From the NCBI GenBank assembly GCA_002269645.1, contig NIVC01000545.1:1-64000 (forward strand): a stretch of 64,000 bases of DNA, read 5' to 3'. Shown here one piece after another: positions 50,525-62,306 of the stretch. The stretch's first letter is position 1. Every line of letters starts with the position of its first letter. Source of the DNA: Macrostomum lignano. Lineage: Eukaryota. The position numbers and the translations under genes were made by a program. The notes below the pieces were generated by a model. The model ran no database searches and was not told the origin of the DNA. It worked only from the letters and a program-made list of their open reading frames with translations.

Positions 50525-50616
50525 GCCGGGCACCCGTGACGTCATCAGACTGACTGCTTTAAATTTCACACCTGTTACCGATTCCATTCAATCTGTTGGC
50601 ATCCGGTGGCTGCTTA

Positions 50617-50622
50617 AATAAA
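50617..50622 (+). terminator. Candidate AATAAA polyadenylation signal of NUP205
   Basis: The hexamer lies 93 nt after the stop codon; positional evidence only. Confidence 0.45.
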
Positions 50623-51069
50623 AATTATGCATTGAAAATCTGTCAGCCAACTGAATTGATTTCTAAAAGCATTTGCATTATTGGCATCAGTAATATTATG
50701 TTAGTTGAATTGCTAAACATTCACAGCCCGTTCCACATAGTGTTTTTTTTGCGTTTGATTTCGAAATTTTTGTAAGGGTTGAAGTTTGGGTGCTTCGATA
50801 CATATTTTAACCTCAGTAGCAGTGGCCCCTGTGCAGCGCTTTGCTTTTCTATTGCCCCTGCCCTAGTCTCAGCGCTCTTCACTCTCTAAAAATGCTGGTT
50901 GTTATCAAATACAAATTAATTATACCAGGAACTTAAAGTCATCAACAGAACCATCCTTTAGTTTTTTAATAACAATTTTTTAAGTCGACATCTTGTTGCT
51001 TCATTTTGGTTTGCTACTTTTTACTGCTATTGTAGGGATAAACAGTTATTCAATTATAAGGATAGGATG

Positions 51070-51522
51070 CTGACCCATCAGATTGGGCACTGACCCTTCA
51101 GATTGGGCACTAACCCTTCAGATTGGGCACTGACCCTTCAGATTGTGCACTGACCCTTCAGATTGGACACTGACCCATCAGATTGGGCACTGACCCTTCA
51201 GATTGGGCACTAACCCTTCAGATTGGGCACTGACCCTTCAGATTGGGCACTGACCCTTCAGATTGGGCACTGACCCATCAGATTGGGCACTGACCCTTCA
51301 GATTGGGCACTGACCCATCAGATTGGGCACTGACCCTTCAGATTGTGCACTGACCCTTCAGATAAGATTGGACACTGACCCTTCAGATTGGACACTGACC
51401 CATCAGATTGTGTACTGACCCTTCAGATTGGGCACTGACCCATCAGATTGGGCACTGACCCTTCAGATTGGGCACTGACCCTTCAGATTGGGCACTGACC
51501 CTTCAGATTGGGCACTGACCCG
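51070..51522. repeat. 20-bp minisatellite (gattgggcactgacccttca), ~22 copies
   Basis: Direct reading. Confidence 0.95.
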
Positions 51523-51588
51523 TGATTCAAATCAGTCTCGCATCTTCAACCGAATTCGCCACCCTCAGCAGCATCCAGCAGGTCGGCA

Positions 51589-52086
51589 ATGCAAAACCTT
51601 GACCAGCTGCAGTCATCTGATCCCCGCCTGACTGCCTACAGACGCTGCTTTGTCGTGTCCGCGGCAATCGCCGGCCTGACTCCGAGCCTGCCACTGTGGC
51701 TGGCCGGCAGGCGGCTGCACAGGCGGGTCACCGAGCCGGAGTGGCCGGGCCGCCGACTGCACCTCACCGGCTGGCAGCGCCGGACCATCGCCGCCTGGGT
51801 GGCGCCTGTCGGCCTGGCCGCCTTCATTGGCTCCAGCTGGTTGATCTTCCACCAGCTGAGGCGGCGCTGCCGGATGGGCTTCTACGGGGTGGGCAGCCTG
51901 GCCGAGGCGGACGCCGCCCACTGCGCCTGGGAGGCGGAGCGCCAGGCAGAGCTGGACAGGCGGGTCGCTCAGACCCGGCAGATGTTGCGCGACAGGCAGG
52001 CTGAGAAGCTGCGCGAGATGCGCCTGATGGCGCCTCCGGCCGCTGACGGACAGGATGGCCGGGCAGGCCGGGATGCTGGCGCTTAA
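51589..52086 (+). CDS. Uncharacterised 165-aa protein with two hydrophobic segments and a charged C-terminal helix
   Basis: Single GC-rich ORF with exon-like composition; ATG 7 nt after an acceptor-like ccagcag; hydrophobic stretches CFVVSAAIAGLTPSLPLWLAG and AAWVAPVGLAAFIGSSWLIF. No family recognised. Confidence 0.65.
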   Translation: MQNLDQLQSSDPRLTAYRRCFVVSAAIAGLTPSLPLWLAGRRLHRRVTEPEWPGRRLHLTGWQRRTIAAWVAPVGLAAFIGSSWLIFHQLRRRCRMGFYGVGSLAEADAAHCAWEAERQAELDRRVAQTRQMLRDRQAEKLREMRLMAPPAADGQDGRAGRDAGA

Positions 52087-52277
52087 CGTTTTCGTGTATT
52101 GTTAGTTCGTTTCTTTAGTAATCCAGTAATGATAGAACTGTTTGAGTTGATGTTGCTAATTAAACTGGCTTATTGTACAGATGCATTTTTTAAAGAAATA
52201 AATTCGAATTTTTGCTTTTTGGCTAATCTTTATTTAGTTCCCATTGAACTTTCTCTGACGCATATTGATCAGCATTT

Positions 52278-52320
52278 CTGTAGTGAAGAAAGTGCACCGA
52301 CCTTTAGGACACCCCTCGTA
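52278..52320. mobile_element. Solo mariner-type terminal inverted repeat (41 bp plus TA)
   Basis: Exact reverse complement of 54768-54810. Confidence 0.75.
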
Positions 52321-52324
52321 TATA

Positions 52325-52682
52325 GCTGCCCCCCCCCCCAACACCCAGATGATTGAACTGCCCTTGAATGAGTCAGTCGCCCCCTGAGTGAGTCAGCTGC
52401 CCCCTTGAGTGAGTCAGCTGCCCCCCCCCAACACCCAGATGATTGAACTGCCCTTGAATGAGTCAGTCGCCCCCTTAGTGAGTCAGCTGCCCCTCCCCCC
52501 CTTAGTGAGTCAGCTGCCCCCCCCCTTAGTGAGTCAGCTGCCCCCCCCTTAGTGAGTCAGCTTCCCCCCTTCTTAGTGAGTCAGCTGCCCCCCCTTAGTG
52601 AGTCAGCTGCCCCTCCCCCCTTAGTGAGTCAGCTGCCCCCTTAGTGCGTCAGCTGCCCCCTTAGTGAGTCAGCTACCCCTCC
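52325..52682. repeat. Minisatellite ~20-25-bp unit (ttagtgagtcagctgcccccc) upstream of SNAPIN
   Basis: Direct reading. Confidence 0.9.
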
Positions 52683-52693
52683 CCATCACCCAG

Positions 52694-53571
52694 ATGACTG
52701 AGCGAGTCAGCTGTTCACGATGCCAACATGTCCTGCATGTGAATACATGGCAAGCGGCGGCAGCAACGGCAGCGGTGGAGCCCAAGGCGGCGGTGAACCT
52801 GGGTCCGCGGCCGACGCTCAAACCGTCAGAGCTGGAGATCCGCCAGCAGTTTACTCACGGCCTGCTGTCCCTGTTGGAGCCCACAGTTCGTCAGATTGAC
52901 GACAGAGTAACGCAGGTGTGCCAGACAGGAACAGTGAAAAATGAGTATTACTCAGCTTTCCGGTGCATTGCACCTCTTGTTAGTTGAGCAACTAGAAAAA
53001 ACTCTTGTTAGGAACCGGAGGTCCTGAGATCGAATCCAAATTCTTTGATTTTGTCAATTTGTGTAGCTAGCGCAAGTTAAGCAAAGTTGATCATGGTTAG
53101 TGCATAAAAAGATAGAAAAGCTTGCGTCGAAATTCTCAGGCCGGCTTTGCACGCTCACACGGGGTGTACAGCGGCACTGACTTCTAATCGTCAGGCATGT
53201 ACACTCTCTGCCTTGGGGGCTGGCTGGCACGACTCATGTGGTTGCAGCGTCTTAAATGTACTTTCCAACTAAATACGATAATCATAACAAAACAGGTCCG
53301 GCTCAGCCAAATCGAGCTTCGAGCTCAGATCGACTCCGTCGCCGAGCTGCTGTGCGCCATCACTGACGAGAAGTCGGCGCCAGTCGATCTGGAAGCCTAC
53401 GTGAAGAAGTTGAACAACGCGAAACGGCGCGTGATGCTGGTGAACAACATCATTCAGAATGCGCAGGAGCGGCTCGGCAGGCTGCATGCCAGCATCCAGA
53501 AGGAGCAGGCCAGGCTGAACACCGAGGTGAAGGGCGAGCCGGCCGCCTCCTCCGCTGCCACCGCTTCTTAG
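52694..53571 (+). CDS. SNAPIN: SNARE-associated protein Snapin (BLOC-1 subunit), 165 aa, 2 exons
   Basis: Exons 52694-52915 and 53296-53571. FTHGLLSLLEPTVRQIDDRVTQVRLSQIELRAQID...DLEAYVKKLNNAKRRVMLVNNIIQNAQERL closely matches known Snapin sequence. Confidence 0.93.
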
Positions 53572-54077
53572 CCCATTTTGTAACTGATTAGCAGACGATA
53601 TGTTGTGTAATCTGTTTTTAAATCGGAAATTTTCCATTAAATCTTGCTTCTAGACTGTATATACTAAAGCTACTTACAGTAGGGTATAAAAGCTGTTCAT
53701 TTTGTTTGCATTCTGCATCTACAAATATTAGTGATTTATAACTATTGATTTTCATTATTCATAACAATAAATGCTCTATTCCAGTAACCTTAGCGAATGT
53801 GTTGCTGTGTAAATGGCCATTATATAAAGAATTTTTTTAAGCTCTCATGACTGACTGTTAAACTTTTCTGATAAGCCAGGTGTAGCTTGGGCCTAATCAG
53901 TCTGAAAATTGAAGATCTTGGCGCATGAGTGAGACGGTCATTGGCTCACACGGCTTGTGCTCAAAATGAACTCTAAAATGCAGCAGCGCTACTACATGTG
54001 TATATAAGTGCAGATGACAGAGCAGTTCGCATGCAGAACTGCAGCTGTTTAAGTCCGTTAAATCAAAGTGAAGCGTC

Positions 54078-56743
54078 ATGCTGGCGCGGTGGTCAACAGT
54101 CTGTTCTTATTTGAGTATCCTAATCTTTGCGGCTGCGTCTGCTGCTTCTAGTGGCAGTCGGCTGCCTATACTGGCCCGCAAGGTCGACGACCCGCATCCG
54201 TACTATTACTGGCTCACGGTTGACCGTGCCGGCTACAGCGCAGCCGCGGGCGGGCCTCTAGCGGCGCTAATGAGGTCACTAAGTGAGCACATGAGAGGCC
54301 CGATTCGGAGAGTTGTAAAAAATGATTTGCAGGTAAATGAGAGTTTAGTTTGCACATGTAATTATTTAGCAAGTACATGTTCAATTGGCAAAATTCGATG
54401 CGCCATATGCTCGAGCTCAAAAAGATTAACCTGGACTTTGCCAACTCCCAAATTGATCCTTGGCATCTCAGCAACCCGCATAAGCCACAGCAATTTAACA
54501 ACCCCCTCATGAGTCTTTATCAATACCCCTAGCATATTGCATGATGTCTCAGCAACTTCCTATACATGTAGCTCAATGAGCCTTGGCACATCGGCAACTT
54601 CACCAATAAGCATTGATATCTCAATTAAAGCTCTTCCAATGGCAGGCCAAAAAGGAAGGAGCAACCAGCCTTTTTTCTCTTGCTCGCTATGCAGAGGCAG
54701 CTGCAGAATAGGTGCAGCCTCAATCAGGATAAGATGCTAATTCAATGGGTGTGTATAGAAAGCTATATACGAGGGGTGTCCTAAAGGTCGGTGCACTTTC
54801 TTCACTACAGCCTTTTCTGACCGATCAGAAATATTAAGTCTGTTGCAGTTGAAAAGAGAATTATCTGCCCGTTAAAATGACTTTCTGTTTATTTCTGTAT
54901 CTGCTGGCATTCTTGAGATATGAGCACTTTTCTGCCCCACCCCCTGTGCTACTTTTACAAATTTCCATAGACCAAAGCTTACCTGATGCACGAAACAACG
55001 AAACATTCAACGAATCAACAAAACATCCGCAACATGAAAGCTGAGGAAAGAACAGTTAAAAGTTAATCAACATTGTCCTGAGGCTTCTCCACATAGTCAC
55101 CACTGCGCTGCACACTTCTGCCATCGGCTGTGGATGTCGTCAATGTCGTCAATCATCAAAATCTGAGCGCGGCATCTCATGAAGGAGAACTTGGCGAGTC
55201 AATGCTTCCAGGCTCCCACGACAAGCAAAGATTTGTCCATGCAGCAGCTTCTTCCTCTTTGGAAAGAAGGCAAAGTCAGCTGTTGGACAAATCCGGAGAG
55301 TAGGGTGGCAGTGAGAGCAGCTCAAAATTTGCCTGCTCGATCGTCTCCGTTTTCTTGGCCGTGTGGGACGTGCGTTGTCGACATGCTCATCTGAGCATGG
55401 TGTTCATCTCTTTCAGAGTCAGCAATGGATTGTGCTCCACGATTGCGCACAAATATTCTTGCATCTCACCATCCCACTTTACGTTCTTGGCTCCGCCGCA
55501 CGAAAGCTTCTCCACTCGTCCACTCCTCACAATGGAATATGCGGTCGTTTTCTTGATGCCAAGTTGAGAGGCCAGTAGGATAAAATCTTCGCCCTTTTGG
55601 TAAGCGGAGAGAAGTCGCTGCCTGTCATGGTTGCTCACTGGCTGTCGCTGTTGCGCTGGAGCCTCCTCTTCAAAGTCGCTTTCACTTTCGTCTTCGTAAC
55701 CAGGCTCCTCTTCTAGGTACGAATCTTCACTGTCCTCTATCTTTTTCAGGGCTTGCTTTAGCGAATATCTTTAGCGAATAGGCTTCAGTGTTTGAAGCGA
55801 AGGGAGAGTAGGCTGAGACTTTGGTTCGGAAGTTCGGAAGGTCTGGCCGGCGACCCTGCCACCCCACACTGTTAGGATTCTTGAACGCTAACGAGTGCGT
55901 CATTGGCAAAAGCATCAAATAAGAATGTTCAAAGGGGCGAAAAAGTTGTCTTAAAAGGTATCTATGGTCAAAACCCCTCTTTCAGACAACACTAGGCGTA
56001 AACAAATGACGCATCTAAGAATCTGTCTAAAGTGAATGTATCTTGTCTATCTTGAATGTTGGTTGACTAAAGTGAAACGGAGTTTCAGCAGCTTAGACCA
56101 TAGACTGTTTAAGGGGAAGTGGCGTTTGTCGAAAGTGAAAGGGAGTTTCGCCTTGATCTGGATGTGCGTTTTCTTACTTGCCTATGTAAATAGATAGAAG
56201 TGTAGCACCACAAAGCTTAGCTGTCGATACTGAAACGGAGTTTGTCGATAGTGAATGTAGATTCAGGGCTCCAGTCTAAAAGTGTCTAAACTGAAGTTCC
56301 GACTGTCTAAAGTGAAACGGAGTTTGTTCAAAAGCGAGGGTAAAATGGTGTAGTACGAGTAACACAAAGGCTTGCAAACGAAAATTTAAGGGGAATGAAA
56401 ATTTAGAAATTCTAGGGTGTTCGGGGTTTGTGACCGCGCATTATATACATGGTTAACGATACTACATTATTTATTTTGTGACATAAGCCAGTCTAAAACT
56501 ACCTGATTACATATATAGCTAAAGATGCACGTTGAACCTGCGCAGGTTCTGGAAACGGATGCTGACGCATTGAGTCTGCAGTCGTCGGACCGCATAGAAG
56601 TGTGGCTACTCGGCAGCGGCCTGCCGACCCGAGCGGTCACGCTGGGCGCCTACGCCCGCTTCGGACGTGAAGGCCGGCGGTGGCGCCTGGACGCGCTCAG
56701 AAAAATGAGAGAAGACCGACGCCGACGCCGTCCACACTGCTAA
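54078..56743 (+). CDS. Small putative secreted protein, 150 aa, 2 exons
   Basis: Exons 54078-54332 (donor cag|gtaaat) and 56546-56743 (acceptor cctgcgcag|) join in phase 0. Signal-peptide-like N-terminus MLARWSTVCSYLSILIFAAASA. The intron carries transposon remnants. Confidence 0.55.
54770..55390 (-). mobile_element. Mariner (DD34D-type) transposon 3' remnant with TIR
   Basis: TA + cgaggggtgtcc... 41-bp TIR. Frameshifted minus-strand translation gives DNARP/HTAKKT...LLSLPPYSPDL/ADFAFFPK.KKLLHG...RWQKC...GDYVEK, all mariner hallmark motifs. Confidence 0.85.
55387..55790 (-). mobile_element. Tc1/IS630-like transposase N-terminal (HTH) fragment with an acidic leader
   Basis: EDSEDSYLEEEPGYEDESESDFEEE...SNHDRQRLLSAYQKGEDFILLASQLGIKKTTAYSIVRSG...NPLLTLKEM is a paired-like HTH pattern. 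Confidence 0.55.
56020..56335. repeat. Dispersed subterminal-type motif array (gtctaaagtgaaacggagttt variants)
   Basis: About 7 degenerate copies; probably the end region of the adjacent transposon (inference). Confidence 0.5.
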
Positions 56744-57800
56744 AGCCCGATTGACTGATTCATTTTTTGTTGTTTTTTTTAAAACGAATTCGAGAACTTA
56801 TCTTTATTAATAAACTGATTTTATATTTCTACACACCTGATGCTCAAGCGTTTTGGTCGAGATGTGTATTGATGTGTGAACACGACCTTTTCTAGCCTTT
56901 GTCTATCGGGCCTCAGAACTCGTAGAGATCAATCAATAAATCTGGTCTGAAAGAAAAGTTGCGAAAAAAAACTGGCGGCCTACTACCAGTAGTCCACAAC
57001 CGTACCAACAAGCTCTCAAAAAGCGAATGAAGACTTTGAAATGTGCGTTCTCATCCTTTGAAGCACTTGAAATATTTGAAATTTAGGAAGTACTTTTAGC
57101 TATTTGGCTGTCCATCAGTGATGTGAGTAAAAGACGCGCCCGCACATATGCTGTTTCCGTACGGCTCGTACATTATCTGTAAACCTCACAGAGAACTAAG
57201 CTCAAATTCTTTTGTAGCCGAAACTCGAAGGATCCCATGCAGATGGAGTCTACATGCAGCTCCACTGTTGAAGAACTGAGTGCTGAGTTGCGTGAGAAAG
57301 CCATTCTTTGCTTGAGGTGTTTCTTTGTCTTCTTTTAATCCTACTCTCAATTTGCTCGTCAATTGCTGGAGCAGTGCTCGTCAATGATACTTGCGCACGG
57401 GTTTTCAGCGAAATTGTAACCTTGCAGTCGCAAACTAAAATATTTGTTGCAGGCCTCTTAAATAAAACGAGTGAAGACAAGTGGATATTAAAAACACAAA
57501 GAAGCAAAAAATGGTTGGAAAATTTTTTAAAAAACCTTTTTAAGTCGTAGCAGTCATACGGACGAAGTAGAGTGTCCTTGAAGTACTTAGAGAACTGTGC
57601 ATTAATGCAAGCGTATATCGTCTTTAGAATACCGAGTACTCTATTGTCGCAACCGCATTCAAATGCAGCACTCGAATAATTATTGAGCTGTCGACAGGTA
57701 TCTAGCAGCATATGCAGTTTGTAGAATTGATCCACAGGCCTACTCTATCAGGACGGGAAACCTCGTTCTTGGAAAATTTTTAAAGCCAGGTTTTCCCCAA

Positions 57801-57977
57801 AAATACACTAACGGAGATAGGAATTTTTCTTTTTTCAGCACAAAAAAATGTTATTGCTTTCGATTGGAGGCAGAAAGGCCAGCATATAAAAAAATAAATA
57901 CTGGATCTGCCTCCAATCGATAGTAATAACATTTTTTGTGCTGAAAAATGAAAACTCCCTATCTCAGTAGTGTATTT
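57801..57977. repeat. Long imperfect inverted repeat / hairpin (MITE-like)
   Basis: Arms 57801-57874 and 57906-57977 are largely complementary, with an A-rich loop. Confidence 0.8.
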
Positions 57978-58269
57978 GGTAAAAAAATAGTTGAGCTCTA
58001 CTCGTAGGAGCTTAGGAAAATAGTCGACTGCTAGAAACAATCTTTTGGAGCAAGTTTATAATGCTAGGACTTAAATACTCCACTCCTAACTCCTAGGTTA
58101 ATAGTTCAAAGGGCCAATTGACACCACTTAGGCCTAACCTAACCTCAATTAATCAAGAGTTTATTCTGGAGATGATTCAAACTCCTTTAATGCCAATTTT
58201 TTTAGCTTTTAAATAATATTATGATTCTTGAACCCAGATAACAGTTTTGATATTCCTCCTGAAGACGGT

Positions 58270-58858
58270 AGTCTTCACGGTGCCCTCCGACCTGCCTGCC
58301 GAGATCAACTACCGAGACGCTGCCGGGAGGCCGCGTTTCGGTCTGTGCGCTCCGTGCTCACTGCTCCATTCTGAGGCCCTGGATAAGGGGCTCAAGGCTC
58401 GGCTGTTTCAGACAGTCGTTGAGACTGTCTTGTTGTACAACGCCGAGACCTGGACCCTGACGGACGCTTCGGAGAGGCAGCTGGACGCCGCGCATGCGGC
58501 CATGCTGCGTGCGGCGTTCGGAGTGCGCAGCGGTCCAGGCAGCGAGACCAACGCCTCGCTCTACACGAGGGCACGCCTGATGCGGCCTGATCTGCTGCGC
58601 GGGCGGCGACTTCGACTGGCTGGCCACGTCATCCGGTCGGAGACTCGCTGCCCTGAGCCGCTGCTGCTCAAGTTGCAGGGACTGCGCAGGCGAGGCCAAG
58701 GGCGAACGGCGAGAGACCCTGACAGGCTTTTGACCGATGCTGGCGCCCCAGACGAAGCTGGGGGGTGTGAATTTCTGAGGGCTTTGGCCCAGAGACGCGC
58801 TCTCTGACTTATCCCCCCTTTCTAGCCACTGCGTGGCTGGCGGGTGTTGTTGTTGTTT
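58270..58858 (+). mobile_element. 5'-truncated RTE-like non-LTR retrotransposon (post-RT C-terminal region) with 3' stem-loop and (GTT)n tail
   Basis: KARLFQTVVETVLLYNAETWTLT...RRLRLAGHVIR...RRRGQGR; 3' hairpin agcca-ctgcg-tggct; tail gttgttgttgtt. Confidence 0.85.
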
Positions 58859-59932
58859 AATATTCCTATACTTTATGGCAAAGTTATATTCCATCAGGTG
58901 CTATCTGTCAACATTCAAAAGCTTCATACCATAACAGACTTCTAATGGTACTCAATGTGTGCCACATGCCAGAGCAACTACCCATGGCATGGCAACTACT
59001 CATGGCAATACTCAAACACAATCAAGCCTTGTGCTGCTCTTGCGCTTGAATAAGTGCTGCAGAATTTTCTTCCGAATAGTGTCAGTGGCTTTCTACTGCA
59101 TTAAATATCAGGTTGATTCTTATTTATCATTTCTCCTTGTTGTCCGTGACTGTTGAGTGTCTTATTCTGCAAGGGCAGTTCTGCAGTTTTGAGGCCCTAT
59201 CAGACTGCCAGAGGACAGCTTTGCTAAGTGGCGGTTGCTGGGGTTGTGCTTGTCCTAGTTTGTATTGCTGGATGGGTTATTCCATGATAGGGTCATCAAA
59301 GGTATAGAATTTTTTTTAAAACTATTTGCAAATGTGAATATTTCATTTTGCATATAATTATGTATAGTTTCATTTTTATGTAGTTTCATACACATTTATC
59401 TACCTCTAGGTATATATATTTTGTTTTGATCATGGTACCCTTGCAAGATTTTAAGTGTCCCGCGGGACATTCATAATTTTATATTTTGAAAAATTAAAAA
59501 CTTTAAAAAGTAAAAAATTTTAAAATATAGATGACCTGCTGTGCACTACCTTCAGGGCCACAAATGAAGCAATAGCAACCCTAACTAACATTTTATGAAC
59601 TCGTGGGAAATAAGGTGCAGTCAATAAACAAATAATTTATAAAAGGAACAAAATTTAAATAGTAAGGGTGAATGTAGATCAAGCAACAGAAAAACTAGAT
59701 TGGTAGAAACTACAGGCAGTTGATATCATATGCATTATTATGCATAGTTAATTAAGACAGCCAATATCAAAGCCTGTAATTCTACACAACCAAGTCAAAC
59801 TTGTTGCATTAAAATTGGGTATACTACAAATAATATGATTACACTGATAATATATAATAACCAAAGCTATATCTAGCTATAGTCTATATGTAGGCATACC
59901 TCTATAACTATGGTATAATACATATATTAAAT

Positions 59933-60245
59933 CTCTGGTGTGCCAGCGACCCAGGCTCGATTCCAAGTGCAGTCACATTAATTTCGGGCTGAATTGGAAT
60001 CTTGGCTTGGCTCTGCTCGTGCAATTAACGGCCTTGAAAGCCAACCCCCTAAGGCGCAGTGAAGTGTACATGCCTAACGATAAAATAAAGTTAGGGCCGC
60101 TGTACACTCCTGTGTGAGTGTGTGCCTGCGTACGTATCCGCGCACTTGTATGCTCAGGGGAGTTGGCAGAATGGGCAGCAATGCCTCTCGCCGGTTGTGT
60201 GCCTATGTCGCTTAAAGTGCGCCAGGGTGCACACAACCCCCTGCA
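59933..60245 (+). mobile_element. 5'-truncated copy of SINE family A
   Basis: Near-identical to 14337-14652 but lacks the A-box; A/T-rich tail; imperfect flanking repeat atattaaatctc / atactaaatctc. Confidence 0.9.
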
Positions 60246-62243
60246 ATATAATAAATAATATAATATACTAAATCTCCTTTAAAAGAGCCTATAAGTAGGT
60301 GGATTCTACTTCATAGGATACATAGCATTTTGATCAGAGTCCTTTGTAGTCATTTTTGTTTTTAGTGGCTTTCTCTATATCTACTTCTATTGTGTTGTAC
60401 TTAATCTTCTTAATTTCACTGATTCTCTGTCTGAATCAACAGTGGGATTTGACTCTCAAAAGCTACAATTGAATTGAATCCCAACTTTATTGACAACTTT
60501 GGCTTTCATCTATGACTTTGCCATTTACTAGGCCATAATTACAAAGGCATAGAAAAAATGAAGGTTTTAACCAGTTATGACAAAATAAAATGAGAGCAAC
60601 AATGCATATTTTTTTTAAAATTTTCTTAGAAGTAAGCTTTAAGATTAAGAGGGTCTAAGCCATTAAAACAGCATGTGATAAAAGTAGGGCTACAGTTCCT
60701 AATAAAGTATAGCCCAAAAGCCAATTGCTAGGGAGATCTACTTTGCTCTTCACATTGGTTTAGTTAGATATGGCACCATAGACCTATCCTACCATCTAGT
60801 TTTAAATAGTCTAGCTAGTCTTAATATACTCAGGGTGTGTCTATTTACTCCTGCTAATGTACTTATTCTTTTTTGCCTGCTATCTTGCCTATTTGCTTTG
60901 CTTATACATATTAATGTGTTTATTTTTTGTCTTTATAACTTTTGCCATTACATTTCTATTAATAAAGTATGATGAGTACATTTACATTTCATTTCGTATA
61001 TGCACAATTTCCCTTAATTACACCGGCTATATAGCTTCCTTTTTTACCAAAAAATGTAACTTTACTTGTGAAAGAAACCCTAAATGAAAAATTAATTCAA
61101 TTTTGGGTATTGGCAAGAATAACTACAAGGTCTTATTAAGGCTAAATATTTCATTATTTAACAAGTACTAATCTATTTTTGGGGTTGGCATTTTTTTAAC
61201 TTACTCTTGGCTAGGCCTCTTATTAGCTAGATGGCCAGGTATTAAGCATGTACTTATATATTTCAGTTTTATCAAAACTTCAAAAAACACTATCTGGTAA
61301 CATACTAGACAACAATGAACTTAAATATATTTTTACACAAGGATGCATGCAAAAATTGATTATATATTTTAAAAATGGAATATATTTATAGAGATAATGT
61401 TTTATTTTCAAGGCATAATAATTTTATGACAATTTAATACACTAAAATCCAAATTAATTATAGTAGCCTAGTATAAAACTAACAATGTATAAAGTTTAGA
61501 ACACCATGCAAAGTAAATAACTTTCATGGCTGAAGAACTTTAAATTAATATAGCATTGTTAATGGTTGGTATAATAAATAAGCAATCGATGCAATAATTA
61601 TACCATTGGAATTTTTAATTAACAATGCAATAATTTATATCACACTCAAATTTAGTTAATTTTTTATCTAGAATAAGCATTAAATATAAAGAAAAGTTCA
61701 TCAGAATAGCCTAAATAAATAAAACTAGGCATATATTTGTTTAATGATCTTATACCTATAGGATCCAAACTTAAAAGTTGCATTTTTAAATTAGACTAAA
61801 GATGCAATTTAGCAACTCAGTACTAGCAAAAAACCTAGGCTCTAACCTATTAAACTAGGCCTGAGATAAAATATAATGCCTAGAAATTAAACATTTAAAA
61901 ATATAATTTAAGATTGAAATCTATCAAGTATGCGCCAATGGATTGGGAAAAGGGTTGCAAATTGGAATATTGCACCAATAAGACTTTTTTGTGTTGCAAC
62001 AATAAAGCCAAGGACCTTTTTGCATTACTTTTTTGTTTTGACTTATTTTCCATGGCATAGATACTATTGTCCTAGGGGTTTACTTCTGTCTCTAATACAA
62101 TGCCACCAAAAGCTGTCACAGGGCTAATTTACTAATCTTTTAAGTGTTCTTCTTAGGTTGGTAGCTGCCACCAAGATTATTCTATTAACAAATTATGAGT
62201 TTATTTATATTAGAATAATCTGAGAAATGTTTCTTAGAATAGG

Positions 62244-62306
62244 TCTGAGTATTTAGTCTGAGTATTTAGTCTGAGTATTAGTCTGAGTATTAATCTGAGT
62301 ATTATT
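62244..62306. repeat. Short 12-13-bp tandem repeat (gtctgagtattta) x5
   Basis: Direct reading. Confidence 0.85.

Noticed and set aside
29385-52682. Tandem arrays as possible CRISPR loci
   Set aside because: Units are contiguous with no unique spacers, there are no cas genes, and the context is eukaryotic introns.
54803-54810. CACTA terminus (cactacag)
   Set aside because: It is the inner end of the TA-flanked mariner TIR, next to mariner transposase motifs.
57237-57735. ORFs 57250-57735 (-) and 57308-57550 (+, hydrophobic)
   Set aside because: No recognisable motif or consistent splice model; possibly a decayed gene fragment, but unsupported.
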